A DNA stretch of 64,000 nucleotides from a virus: IMG/VR virus record IMGVR_UViG_3300022699_000217, positions 20,697 through 84,696 of that record; one strand, 5' to 3'. Each line of letters opens with the position of its first letter. The first letter of the stretch is position 1. The translations under genes were made by a program, and so were the position numbers. The notes beneath the pieces are model-generated. The model ran no database searches. It had not been told where the DNA came from and was given only the letters and a program-made list of their open reading frames with translations. Positions 55,267-63,485 of this stretch are shown one piece after another.

Positions 55267-56218
55267 GTGGACCGACGCAACGTGGAACCCGGTGACGGGC
55301 TGCACCAAAGTGTCGGCTGGATGCGCGCATTGTTACGCGCTACGGCAGGCAACCCGGATGCACGCCATGGGGGTCGCGGGGTATGAGAACGGGTTCGCCC
55401 CGACGTGCCACCCGAGCCGCCTCGCAGCGCCAGCGTCCTGGGTCAAGCCGCGGAAGGTGTTCGTTTGCAGCATGGGCGATCTATTCCACGACGACGTGCC
55501 GTTCGATTTCATCGAGCGCGTCTTCAAGGTGATGCTGGAAACCCCGAAGCACACCTACCAAATATTGACCAAGCGCCCGCAACGAGCGCACCTGTTTCTT
55601 GACAAGCATCTGCGGAGCGACGTGTTCAAACACTGGCCGTTTCCGAACGTTTGGGTCGGCGTGACCGCTGAGAACCAAGAAACGGCGAACGAGCGGATCC
55701 CGTGGCTGATGCGCATCCCAGCGAAGGTGCGGTTCGTCAGCGCCGAGCCGCTCCTCGGCCCCATCGCCATGACGGAGGCGATGTATGGGCAAGACCCACC
55801 GGGCATGAACGGTTTCGGATTCACGGACGGCCACGGGCACGAGGCCATGATCCACTGGGTGATCGCCGGTGGCGAGAGCGGCCCGGGCGCGCGCCCAATG
55901 CACCCCGCGTGGGCAACCGGCCTGCGGGATCAATGCATCGCAGCAGAGGTGCCGTTCCTTTTCAAGCAGTGGGGCGAATGGTGCGAATATCAGCAGTGGT
56001 TTCTTTTCCCGAACGTGCACAAATTAACGCGAAGAATCGTGCTGATGGATGGGCGCTGCGGCAAGTCCCCGGAGGATCTGGGCTACCACGGCCCGGATGG
56101 CGCGGAGTGGAATGCGCTTTGCCCAAGCGTGATGGTCCGCGTGGGCAAAAAGAACGCCGGACGCCGGCTCGACCGTGAGCTATGGACCGAGTACCCCAAG
56201 CAGGAGGTGGAGAGATGA
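55247..56218 (+). CDS. phage Gp37/Gp68 (DUF5131) radical-SAM-like protein
   Basis: [83 protein letters not shown]. Confidence 0.93.
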   Translation: [323 protein letters not shown]

Positions 56219-56430
56219 GCAGGAAACCGATAACACGGTTAACGCCCAATAAACGCTGGTGCCGCTGCGGATACGACTGTCCCTACATCGGGCGGCCGCG
56301 AGGGCAGTTTGCCGGGGACGCGGCCTGGTGCGATCTGCTGGGAAGCAACGTGAAGCCGATGTGGTTTGCGGACGAGCCGGCGCCTTGTGCCGAGTTCATG
56401 AAAGAAGAGGAGACGACCGATGAGAGTTGA
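56215..56430 (+). CDS. small Cys-containing protein
   Basis: SD AGGAGG; ATGA coupling. Confidence 0.55.
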   Translation: MSRKPITRLTPNKRWCRCGYDCPYIGRPRGQFAGDAAWCDLLGSNVKPMWFADEPAPCAEFMKEEETTDES

Positions 56431-56659
56431 AGCCCCGGCACAGCACATCACCTTCGATGGGCCACGCTGCGGCGATGAGACCGGCGACTGTCCTTTCCTT
56501 AGCTACGAATGGCAGAGCTGCGAGCTGTTCGACGACTACCTTGTGACCATCGAGCCGGAACAACCCTGGCAGGAGTGGGCCTATCAGCGGTGTGCAAAAT
56601 GCTTGCAATACACCGCTGAAAAAACCAGGCGTTGTCTAGCGGCAAACCCTTGCCACTGA
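56420..56659 (+). CDS. small Cys-rich protein
   Basis: SD GAGGAG. Confidence 0.55.
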   Translation: MRVEAPAQHITFDGPRCGDETGDCPFLSYEWQSCELFDDYLVTIEPEQPWQEWAYQRCAKCLQYTAEKTRRCLAANPCH

Positions 56660-56678
56660 CGGATTATAGAGCTAAACT
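56650..56678 (+). promoter_or_regulatory. sigma70-like promoter
   Basis: TTGCCA-N17-TAAACT, 20 nt before the RHH-like gene. Confidence 0.55.
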
Positions 56679-56698
56679 CTTTGTCCTGAGGTTAGCCA

Positions 56699-56923
56699 AT
56701 GAGCAAAGCAAAAAGAAATAACATGGTTCGCGTGCCGATGACGGACGTCGAGGCTTCGGCTGTCCGGAAAAAGGCAGAGGAGATGGGCATCCCGATTGCT
56801 CGGCTGATCCGCCGATGCGTGTTCGGGGTGCGCTATGAGATTGAGCGCCAAATAGACCCGGTCGGTTCGACCGAGCCGACCATAACCATCGCAGAATGCA
56901 AAGTGCGAGTGACCGAGCGTTGA
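56699..56923 (+). CDS. ribbon-helix-helix (MobC/CopG-like) DNA-binding protein
   Basis: MVRVPMTDVEASAVRKKAEEMGIPIARLIRRCVF. Confidence 0.7.
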   Translation: MSKAKRNNMVRVPMTDVEASAVRKKAEEMGIPIARLIRRCVFGVRYEIERQIDPVGSTEPTITIAECKVRVTER

Positions 56924-56934
56924 AAGGGGACCCC

Positions 56935-57279
56935 ATGAAAAGTCAAAACGAGCAAATCGACGTTAACGGCATTGATGCCATGGATATGGACGCCGAAGAG
57001 GCGCGCCAGATTGCCTATCAAAAAAGCTTGCGTGGACGCCTGTTCCTGCGAGCCATGCGAGCCGTTCGCGGCGCTGCGGACAAGGGTGAATACGAGTGCG
57101 CCTTTGTTCATCACTTCAAAAGCTTGGGCCAGTTGGAGATCGAAGCGCTGAACCGCTTGCAACGAGACCTTGAGATCCGCGGCTACAAGGGCGACATAAA
57201 AACCAAACCAACCGAGGGGGACGAGACTCTGTGCGCTGGCCCAGTGTCCGCCACCGTGGAGGTGCGCTGGCATGAGTAA
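56935..57279 (+). CDS. hypothetical protein
   Basis: SD AAGGGG. Confidence 0.6.
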   Translation: MKSQNEQIDVNGIDAMDMDAEEARQIAYQKSLRGRLFLRAMRAVRGAADKGEYECAFVHHFKSLGQLEIEALNRLQRDLEIRGYKGDIKTKPTEGDETLCAGPVSATVEVRWHE

Positions 57280-57742
57280 CGCGCAGCTTTGGCACCGAAT
57301 CCAGCAGAAAGAGGACAGCCGCTTGGAGGCCCGCGCGAAGCAGGATGGCCACGATGGGTGCGTTCGGCTAGCGCTTAGGTGGTCCACCGATGGCGACAAG
57401 CTCCATCTGTACGTCGACGGCAACAAAACGAAGACCGCCTATGAAGCTCACGCGCCAAACGTGCCGCCGGGCGAGGTTGAGCAGGAGGCCCAAGAGGATG
57501 TCGAGCGGCAATATTCTTTGATGCCGTGGATTGCGCGCACCTACAATGTGGGCATCGACATTCTGAAAGCCGACGGGTGGCAGTCCTACGACATCGTTGC
57601 CGCGTCCGGAGCGGAGGCCCTCGCAATGTTCAACGAGGGGGATCCGGGCGTAGTGTTCGACAGTGAGGAAATCGAGACGAAAGGCGCAAGCGACCCGTAC
57701 ATCAACGGCAGCGACCCATACAGCGAGGAGGCCCAAGAATGA
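57272..57742 (+). CDS. hypothetical acidic protein
   Basis: Overlap-coupled to its neighbours. Confidence 0.6.
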   Translation: MSNAQLWHRIQQKEDSRLEARAKQDGHDGCVRLALRWSTDGDKLHLYVDGNKTKTAYEAHAPNVPPGEVEQEAQEDVERQYSLMPWIARTYNVGIDILKADGWQSYDIVAASGAEALAMFNEGDPGVVFDSEEIETKGASDPYINGSDPYSEEAQE

Positions 57743-57966
57743 GCCAACGCCCCCCCTTCCGCCCCAAGGAAGCGGTTGATGCCTCGCCCTTGCACCATCT
57801 GTTGGAGCCAGCGGCATCGCCCTCAGCCGAACCGCTGGCCACCGCCGCGCAAGTCGCAACGCTCCAAGAGTCCATCGACCGCCTGGAGCGGAAGATCGCC
57901 CTCATCTTCGGTGACGCAGTCGTCATCAATGGCCGATTCGCCCATACCGGAGGGGCAAAGGGATGA
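57739..57966 (+). CDS. hypothetical protein
   Basis: ATGA coupling at both ends. Confidence 0.55.
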   Translation: MSQRPPFRPKEAVDASPLHHLLEPAASPSAEPLATAAQVATLQESIDRLERKIALIFGDAVVINGRFAHTGGAKG

Positions 57967-58199
57967 CCGAGCCGCAAAAACACGGCAACCGAGCGTTCGC
58001 CGGCGCATACCGCAAAGGGCGTGAGGCGTACATCGCTGGGGTTCTGGTGGACGAGTGCCCATACAGCGATCACCGCAAAATCAGTGGAAAGCTCACCTGG
58101 TCGCGCGCGTTTCGAACAGCCTGGCGCGACGGGTGGCAGGATGCACAGGCAGAGGATGCAAAGCTTTCGCGTGACACGCGACAAGGATGGTCAAAATGA
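57963..58199 (+). CDS. ribosome modulation factor (Rmf/CrpP)-like protein
   Basis: AYRKGREAYIAG....CPY...AWRDGWQDA matches the RMF pattern A..RGY.AG..G....CPY...W..GW..A. Confidence 0.7.
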   Translation: MTEPQKHGNRAFAGAYRKGREAYIAGVLVDECPYSDHRKISGKLTWSRAFRTAWRDGWQDAQAEDAKLSRDTRQGWSK

Positions 58200-58831
58200 A
58201 AGAGCAAAAAACAACATGCGTCCCAGGGACCACAATCCCTATGCTCCCCGGTCTCGAAAGCTTCTTGATGCCGATTGACGAGGTGCACCCCGACCCAGCC
58301 AACCCGCGCATCCTGAAGAACCTGGATGTCCTAAAGGCCAGCTTGCAACGGTTCGGGCTCCGCAGGCCCATCATCGCCAACCAGCGGGACAAGCAGATCG
58401 AAGCCGGCCATCAGACCCGGCAAGCCCTCCTGGAGCTCGGGGCAACGCATGTCCCGGTCATGTGGGCTGACGATGACCGCATCCAGGCAACCGCCTTCAA
58501 CATCGCCGACAACCGAACCGCCGAGGTGGTCTCGGACTGGGACGAGGAAGCCTTGGCGCGACTGTTGAAGGACCTAAGCGTCGACGGCGCGGTGGATGGC
58601 ATCGGCTTTGATGAGAAGCAGATGACAGCGCTCATCGATTCGTTCGCCGACGGGCAGGATTTGGATGACGAGGCGCTCCCCGAGATCGACCTGGGGGAGC
58701 CCGATGATCTGTGCGGGCGCGTCATCATCATCTACGAGGGCGAGGAGGAGTTCCGCAAGGTCCAGGACCTGCTCGGGGTCAAGCTGGGCAACAAGATAAG
58801 CTGGTCCATTGGGGAGATCGTTGATGGATGA
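58187..58831 (+). CDS. ParB/Srx N-terminal domain protein (copy 1)
   Basis: PIDEVHPDPANPR...LKASLQRFGLRRPIIAN...IEAGHQTRQA..LG...VPV...AFNIADNRTAE..WD...L. Confidence 0.9.
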   Translation: MVKMKEQKTTCVPGTTIPMLPGLESFLMPIDEVHPDPANPRILKNLDVLKASLQRFGLRRPIIANQRDKQIEAGHQTRQALLELGATHVPVMWADDDRIQATAFNIADNRTAEVVSDWDEEALARLLKDLSVDGAVDGIGFDEKQMTALIDSFADGQDLDDEALPEIDLGEPDDLCGRVIIIYEGEEEFRKVQDLLGVKLGNKISWSIGEIVDG

Positions 58832-60128
58832 CAAAGCAAAGAACCTGAGCCTAACGTACCAGAGCCCCCGCTGGTCGAACGAGATCTCGGATTGTGCGCT
58901 CCCGATGACCATCGACCAGTATTCGAATTGTTCGTATAAATGCGCCTACTGCTTCTCGCAGTACCGCCGCGGCATCGGCGGGGGGAAGGACGCCTACAAG
59001 GCGGGCAAGATCAAGGCGATCAACGTGGACAAGGTCAAGCGCCTGTTCCGTGGCGAGATCACCAACGAGAACCACGCCGCGAGCGGCCTCTGGCAGTTCA
59101 ACCAGTTCATCAAGGAGCGCAAGATGGTGCAGTGGGGTGGCCTGAGCGACCCGTTCTGCCTGTACGAGCGCAAGTACGGCCTCGGCCTCGAGCTGATGCG
59201 GTTTTTCCGGGAGATCGAGTATCAGGTTTCGTTCAGCACGAAGGGGACCTGGTGGTTGGATGACCCGCGATATGTGGAGTGCTTCGAGGGCAACCCCCAC
59301 TTCCACGTGAAAATCAGCGTCATCACCGGCGACCCGGCGAAGGCTAAGGCCATCGAGCGCGGCGGCGTGCCGTCCCCGACCGAGCGGCTGCGCGCCATCG
59401 AGCGGCTCGCCAAGATGCTTCCCGGAGACAAGCCCGTCGTGCTGCGGTTGCGGCCGTTCATCATCGGGGTGTCCAACCCGAGCTACGAGCAGTTAATCCG
59501 GGACGCCGCGAACGCTGGAGCCTCGGCGGTGAGCACCGAGTTCTTCTGCGTGGAGACTCGCTCCCACAACCAGGCGGCAGATAACTACAAGATCATCAGC
59601 GAGCAGACCGGCTTCGACGTGTACGAGTTCTATCGGAAGCACAGTCGCGGGGGCGGGTACATGCGGCTTAATCGCGCCATCAAAGGCCGGTACGTGGATA
59701 CGATGCAAGCGCTGTGCAAGGAGCTGGGGCTGGACTTCTACGTGAGCGACCCCCACTACAAGGAGCGCAGCTCCAGCGGGTGTTGCTGCGGCGTGCCAGA
59801 ATCGTGGAACTACTCGCGCGGGCAGCTTTTGGAGGCGCTCTTGATCGCCAAGGAGCGGGGCGAGGTGCACTGGGCCGACATCGCGCAGCATCTTGGCTAC
59901 GCGGACACGTTCAGCTTCCGTCGCGCGCAGGGGTTCAACACGAACAGCGAGGACGTCCGCGCCAAGTTCTTCAACGCAACCATGAAGGATTACCTGCGGC
60001 ACGGCTGGAACACGACCAAGAGCATCGCGTCCCCGTACAAGATGTTCGGCGGCGTGCTGAAGCCGGTCGAGCGCGACGGCAACGGCGACATCGTTTACAA
60101 ATTTGACCACGACCGGGCGAGCAAATGA
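58824..60128 (+). CDS. radical SAM protein, spore-photoproduct-lyase-like
   Basis: TIDQYSNCSYKCAYCF (CxxxCxxC); QWGGLSDPF..E; STKG; PSPTERLRAIERL; VLRLRPFI; extra C-terminal CCCG. Confidence 0.85.
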   Translation: MDDKAKNLSLTYQSPRWSNEISDCALPMTIDQYSNCSYKCAYCFSQYRRGIGGGKDAYKAGKIKAINVDKVKRLFRGEITNENHAASGLWQFNQFIKERKMVQWGGLSDPFCLYERKYGLGLELMRFFREIEYQVSFSTKGTWWLDDPRYVECFEGNPHFHVKISVITGDPAKAKAIERGGVPSPTERLRAIERLAKMLPGDKPVVLRLRPFIIGVSNPSYEQLIRDAANAGASAVSTEFFCVETRSHNQAADNYKIISEQTGFDVYEFYRKHSRGGGYMRLNRAIKGRYVDTMQALCKELGLDFYVSDPHYKERSSSGCCCGVPESWNYSRGQLLEALLIAKERGEVHWADIAQHLGYADTFSFRRAQGFNTNSEDVRAKFFNATMKDYLRHGWNTTKSIASPYKMFGGVLKPVERDGNGDIVYKFDHDRASK

Positions 60129-61411
60129 CACGAGCGGACTTCGTCTTCTTCTATCACCCGCACACCTACGAGACGGTGCCCTCGGCGCAGATTGGGCTTG
60201 GGATGCTGGCCATCGCCACCCATGCGAAAGCCTTGGGCGCCGCCGTGCGGGTGATCAACGCGCAGGCTGAAACGGTCGAATCGGCCATCCAGATGATTCC
60301 CCCGTGCGAGCACCTCTGCTTCTACGGGTGCCTCCTGGATGCCGACATCATCAATCGCATCGCCCACGTGGCCAAAGCCCGCGACCTAGCGCGCACCGTA
60401 TTGGTCGGTGGCCCACTTGGCCAGTCCCCGCAGTACCTCTCCGAAGATCACATCGACGTGGTCGTGGACGGGCCAGGCGAGGACTACGTGGGGAACCTGG
60501 TGCGTCAGCGTGTAACGGCCCCGCGCAACGTGTTCGGCACCCTCCACCTCCACCGCGCGCCCGCCCTGTCCGACATCAGCGGCTACCCGTTCCCGGACCG
60601 CTCCCTCGTCGAGGGCTCGCTTGGGGGGAAGATCTTCATCGGGTCCGGTGACGACGAGCAGTCCACGACGATCCTGATGTCGCGGGGCTGCCGCTACCGC
60701 TGTGCCTTCTGTAGCTCGGGCGCCAGCGCGTGCGCGCCGCTGGACTACGATCTCGACCGCATCGAGCGCGAGCTGGACCACTGCCTCTCGCTCGGCATCC
60801 GGAACGTCCGCGTCTCCGACGACAACATCATGAACGACCCCCACCGGCTCGAGCGCATCTGCGCCCTGTTCCGCGACCGGGGGATCCGCTGGCGCGGCTC
60901 GCTCCGCGTGAAGCCCAGCGCGATTTGGATGTACCGCCTCATGGTGGAGAGCGGCTGCCAGGAGCTGTCGTTCGGCATCGAGTCCGGCGACCAGCACGTC
61001 CTAGCGGTCTTGCGCAAGGGCACCAAGGTCGCGGACAACACCGCCGCCGTGCGGAACGCGAAGGCCGCGGGCGTGCCCATCGTGCGGTCCCTGATGATGA
61101 TGGGGACCCCCGGTGAGACCCCCGCGACACTCGCCCTGAACAAGCAGTGGGTGGCCGAGGCCGCCCCCGACATCGTCAGCCTGAAGATCTTCGTCCCGTA
61201 CCCCGGCACGAGCATCTTCGAGGAGCCCGCCCGGTACCGCTGCGAGCTGCTCGCCACCGGCGACTACAACAACAGCTCGTACCGCCCGGACGACAGCCTC
61301 CCCGCTGCGAACATCCGCCTGCCCGGCGTGATGACCGAGCACGATCTGACCGCCCACTTTCTGGACATGCGTGCATGGCTGGAACAACGAGGAGTTGAGA
61401 ACCGTGGATAA
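60125..61411 (+). CDS. B12-binding-domain radical SAM protein
   Basis: IGLGMLAIATH; VLVGGP; DVVVDGPGED (cobalamin-binding-domain hallmarks); SRGCRYRCAFC; SFGIESGDQ.VL..LRKG; MMGTPGET; FVPYPGTSIF. Confidence 0.9.
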   Translation: MTRADFVFFYHPHTYETVPSAQIGLGMLAIATHAKALGAAVRVINAQAETVESAIQMIPPCEHLCFYGCLLDADIINRIAHVAKARDLARTVLVGGPLGQSPQYLSEDHIDVVVDGPGEDYVGNLVRQRVTAPRNVFGTLHLHRAPALSDISGYPFPDRSLVEGSLGGKIFIGSGDDEQSTTILMSRGCRYRCAFCSSGASACAPLDYDLDRIERELDHCLSLGIRNVRVSDDNIMNDPHRLERICALFRDRGIRWRGSLRVKPSAIWMYRLMVESGCQELSFGIESGDQHVLAVLRKGTKVADNTAAVRNAKAAGVPIVRSLMMMGTPGETPATLALNKQWVAEAAPDIVSLKIFVPYPGTSIFEEPARYRCELLATGDYNNSSYRPDDSLPAANIRLPGVMTEHDLTAHFLDMRAWLEQRGVENRG

Positions 61412-62159
61412 CCATCCCCCCGTCGTCATCCTAAGCCGGGAGCGCGCCACCATCGGGACCACGTGGCGCCTGTTCCCCGAGGCCACCCTGATCGTTCACG
61501 AGTCCGAGCTGGACGCGTACCGCGCCGCTGGGCACACCGGCACGATCTGGACGCACACCAAGGACCGCAGCCCCGCAATCCGCAACGTCATCCTGGACCG
61601 CATCGGTGCCGGGAACGAGGTGGTGATCATGGACGACGACATCAAAGCCGTCGGCCACTTCGAGACCCTCGCCCCCGGGCGCTACAAGGCGGCCAAGCTC
61701 CCCGGCCCGGCCTTCCTCGACGAGATCGCCAAGGGGTTCGCCCTCGCCCGCAAGCACGGCTACCACCTCTTTGGCGTCGCCCCGACCACCAACTGTATGA
61801 ACTACAACCCCCAGCGGACCCTCAAGACCGGCGTCTTCATCAACGGCCCGCTCATGTGCATCCGCGTCCGCGACGATCTCCGCTTCGACGAGGCCCTCCC
61901 GCTCAAGTGCGACTACGAGTTCACCGCGCGCACCATGGCCGCGAAAGCGGGCGTCTTCCGCATGGACCATCTCTGGCAGGACAACGACTTCGACTCGATG
62001 CCCGGCGGCCGCGCGTGCTATAAACGACCGGAGGACGCCGAGCTCTCGTTCCACGTCCTCCTGGACCGATACCCCCGCTACTTCCGGCCCAACCCCCGGC
62101 GGCAGTGGGAGGTCATCCTGAGCGACCCGGCGACCCGGAAACGCAAGGCCGCCCGTTAA
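61404..62159 (+). CDS. TAGT/GREB1-like (GT-A fold) glycosyltransferase
   Basis: VILSRERA...LIVHESELDAY...RNVILD...VVIMDDDI; FDEALPLKCDYEF; MPGG; RYPRYF..NPRRQWEV. Confidence 0.8.
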   Translation: MDNHPPVVILSRERATIGTTWRLFPEATLIVHESELDAYRAAGHTGTIWTHTKDRSPAIRNVILDRIGAGNEVVIMDDDIKAVGHFETLAPGRYKAAKLPGPAFLDEIAKGFALARKHGYHLFGVAPTTNCMNYNPQRTLKTGVFINGPLMCIRVRDDLRFDEALPLKCDYEFTARTMAAKAGVFRMDHLWQDNDFDSMPGGRACYKRPEDAELSFHVLLDRYPRYFRPNPRRQWEVILSDPATRKRKAAR

Positions 62160-62200
62160 CCTCGGCGCCCCGCGCCCCGACGCAGTGAAGGAGCCCGACC

Positions 62201-62758
62201 ATGACCGACACCCCAACGCCCGAATCGGCCCCCGAAGCAAAGCCGAAGCGCAAGCGCAAACCCCCGAAGCCTATGGCGGAACGGCGCAAGTCCACCCCGA
62301 TTATTTCCGTCGAGAAGTACAACGAGATGTTCGCCGCCTACCTCGAGCGCCAGAGCGCGGCTCACGTGGCAAAAACCTGTGAGGTTGCGCAGCGTACCGC
62401 CCGGCGCTACATCGACCAGGGCGACCCCAAGCGGAAGCTCATGGCCCTCAAGGACCGACTCGCCAAGGTGAACGACCTCGCCCGGCAGCGTGCCGACTAC
62501 GATCTAGTCAAGGCCCGCGCCGAGTTCCAGAAGGCCGCCCGCGCCGCGTTCATGAAGACCGCGCAGGCCATCCAGCTCGTCGACGCCAAGGACCTGACCG
62601 CCGACAAGATCCCGGAGCACCTGAACAAGCTGCTCACGGTCATCGAGCGGACCTTCGGGGAGGCCGAGCACAGCCACGAGGTGCGGGGCAAGTTCTCCAA
62701 CTGGACGCTGGCGGAGATTCGGGCGTTCTTGGATGAGGGCATCGACCCCGATAAGTGA
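62201..62758 (+). CDS. terminase small subunit candidate
   Basis: HTH SAAHVAKTCEVAQRTARRY, helical oligomerisation region, C-terminal EHSHEVRG...TLAEIRAFL; position among ParB/modification genes. Confidence 0.55.
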   Translation: MTDTPTPESAPEAKPKRKRKPPKPMAERRKSTPIISVEKYNEMFAAYLERQSAAHVAKTCEVAQRTARRYIDQGDPKRKLMALKDRLAKVNDLARQRADYDLVKARAEFQKAARAAFMKTAQAIQLVDAKDLTADKIPEHLNKLLTVIERTFGEAEHSHEVRGKFSNWTLAEIRAFLDEGIDPDK

Positions 62759-62864
62759 AAAAGGATGCAAGATCCATGAATAGAGTGCCGCAAAAGCCGG
62801 GGCTACAATCCACCGGGCAGCATAAATAACCAAAGAGGCCCCACTCGGGCCGTGCGAGGCGCAG

Positions 62865-63485
62865 ATGAAGAAGACGAAGAAGACCCCCACCCCCCTCCGC
62901 GTGCCAGGCACCGAGGTGGCTTTGCTCCCCGGGCTCAAGCCCCTCCTGGTCCCCATCGATGACGTGCACCCGGACCCTGCGAACCCCCGCGTGTTGAAGA
63001 ACCTGGAAGCGCTCAAGGGCAGCCTGCGCCGGTTCGGCCTGCGTCGCCCGATCATCGCCAACGAGCGCGACGGGCAGATCGAGGCCGGGCACCAAACCCG
63101 GCAAGCCCTCGTGGAGCTCGGGGCGACCCACATCCCGGTGATCTGGGCCGACGATGACCGCATCCAAGCGACGGCGTTCAACATCGCGGACAACAAGACC
63201 GCCGAGGTGGTCGCCGACTGGGATGAGGATGCCTTGACCCGCCTGCTCACCGACATCGCGCAAGCAGGCGATCTGGATGGTATGGGCTTCGACGACAAGG
63301 AGGCCGCCCGGCTGCTTGCGGGCTTGGAGGAGCCGCCTGAGGACGCCGCGTCGGAGGAGGATGCCTCCGAGGCCCCGCAGGAGATGTACCGCATCATGAT
63401 CGAATGCGATGACGAGGCGCATCAGGCGGAACTGCTTGCCCGGTTTATGGAGGAGGGCATCTCATGCCAGTCGTTGATCTTATAG
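62865..63485 (+). CDS. ParB/Srx N-terminal domain protein (copy 2)
   Basis: About 79% identical (hand count 93/118) to copy 1 over the N-terminal domain; different C-terminus (YRIMIECDDEAHQAELLARFMEEGISCQ). Confidence 0.9.
   Translation: MKKTKKTPTPLRVPGTEVALLPGLKPLLVPIDDVHPDPANPRVLKNLEALKGSLRRFGLRRPIIANERDGQIEAGHQTRQALVELGATHIPVIWADDDRIQATAFNIADNKTAEVVADWDEDALTRLLTDIAQAGDLDGMGFDDKEAARLLAGLEEPPEDAASEEDASEAPQEMYRIMIECDDEAHQAELLARFMEEGISCQSLIL

Noticed and set aside
52962-61411. 7-deazaguanine, 2-aminoadenine or hmU modification pathways
   Set aside because: No DpdA/QueC/QueD/FolE, PurZ or dNMP hydroxymethylase recognised; the rSAMs do not look like QueE; ThyX has canonical motifs.
58187-63485. 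ParB genes as a plasmid-prophage partition system
   Set aside because: No ParA or parS-like repeat array; both lack the HTH/dimerisation C-terminus of partition ParB and sit among modification enzymes.
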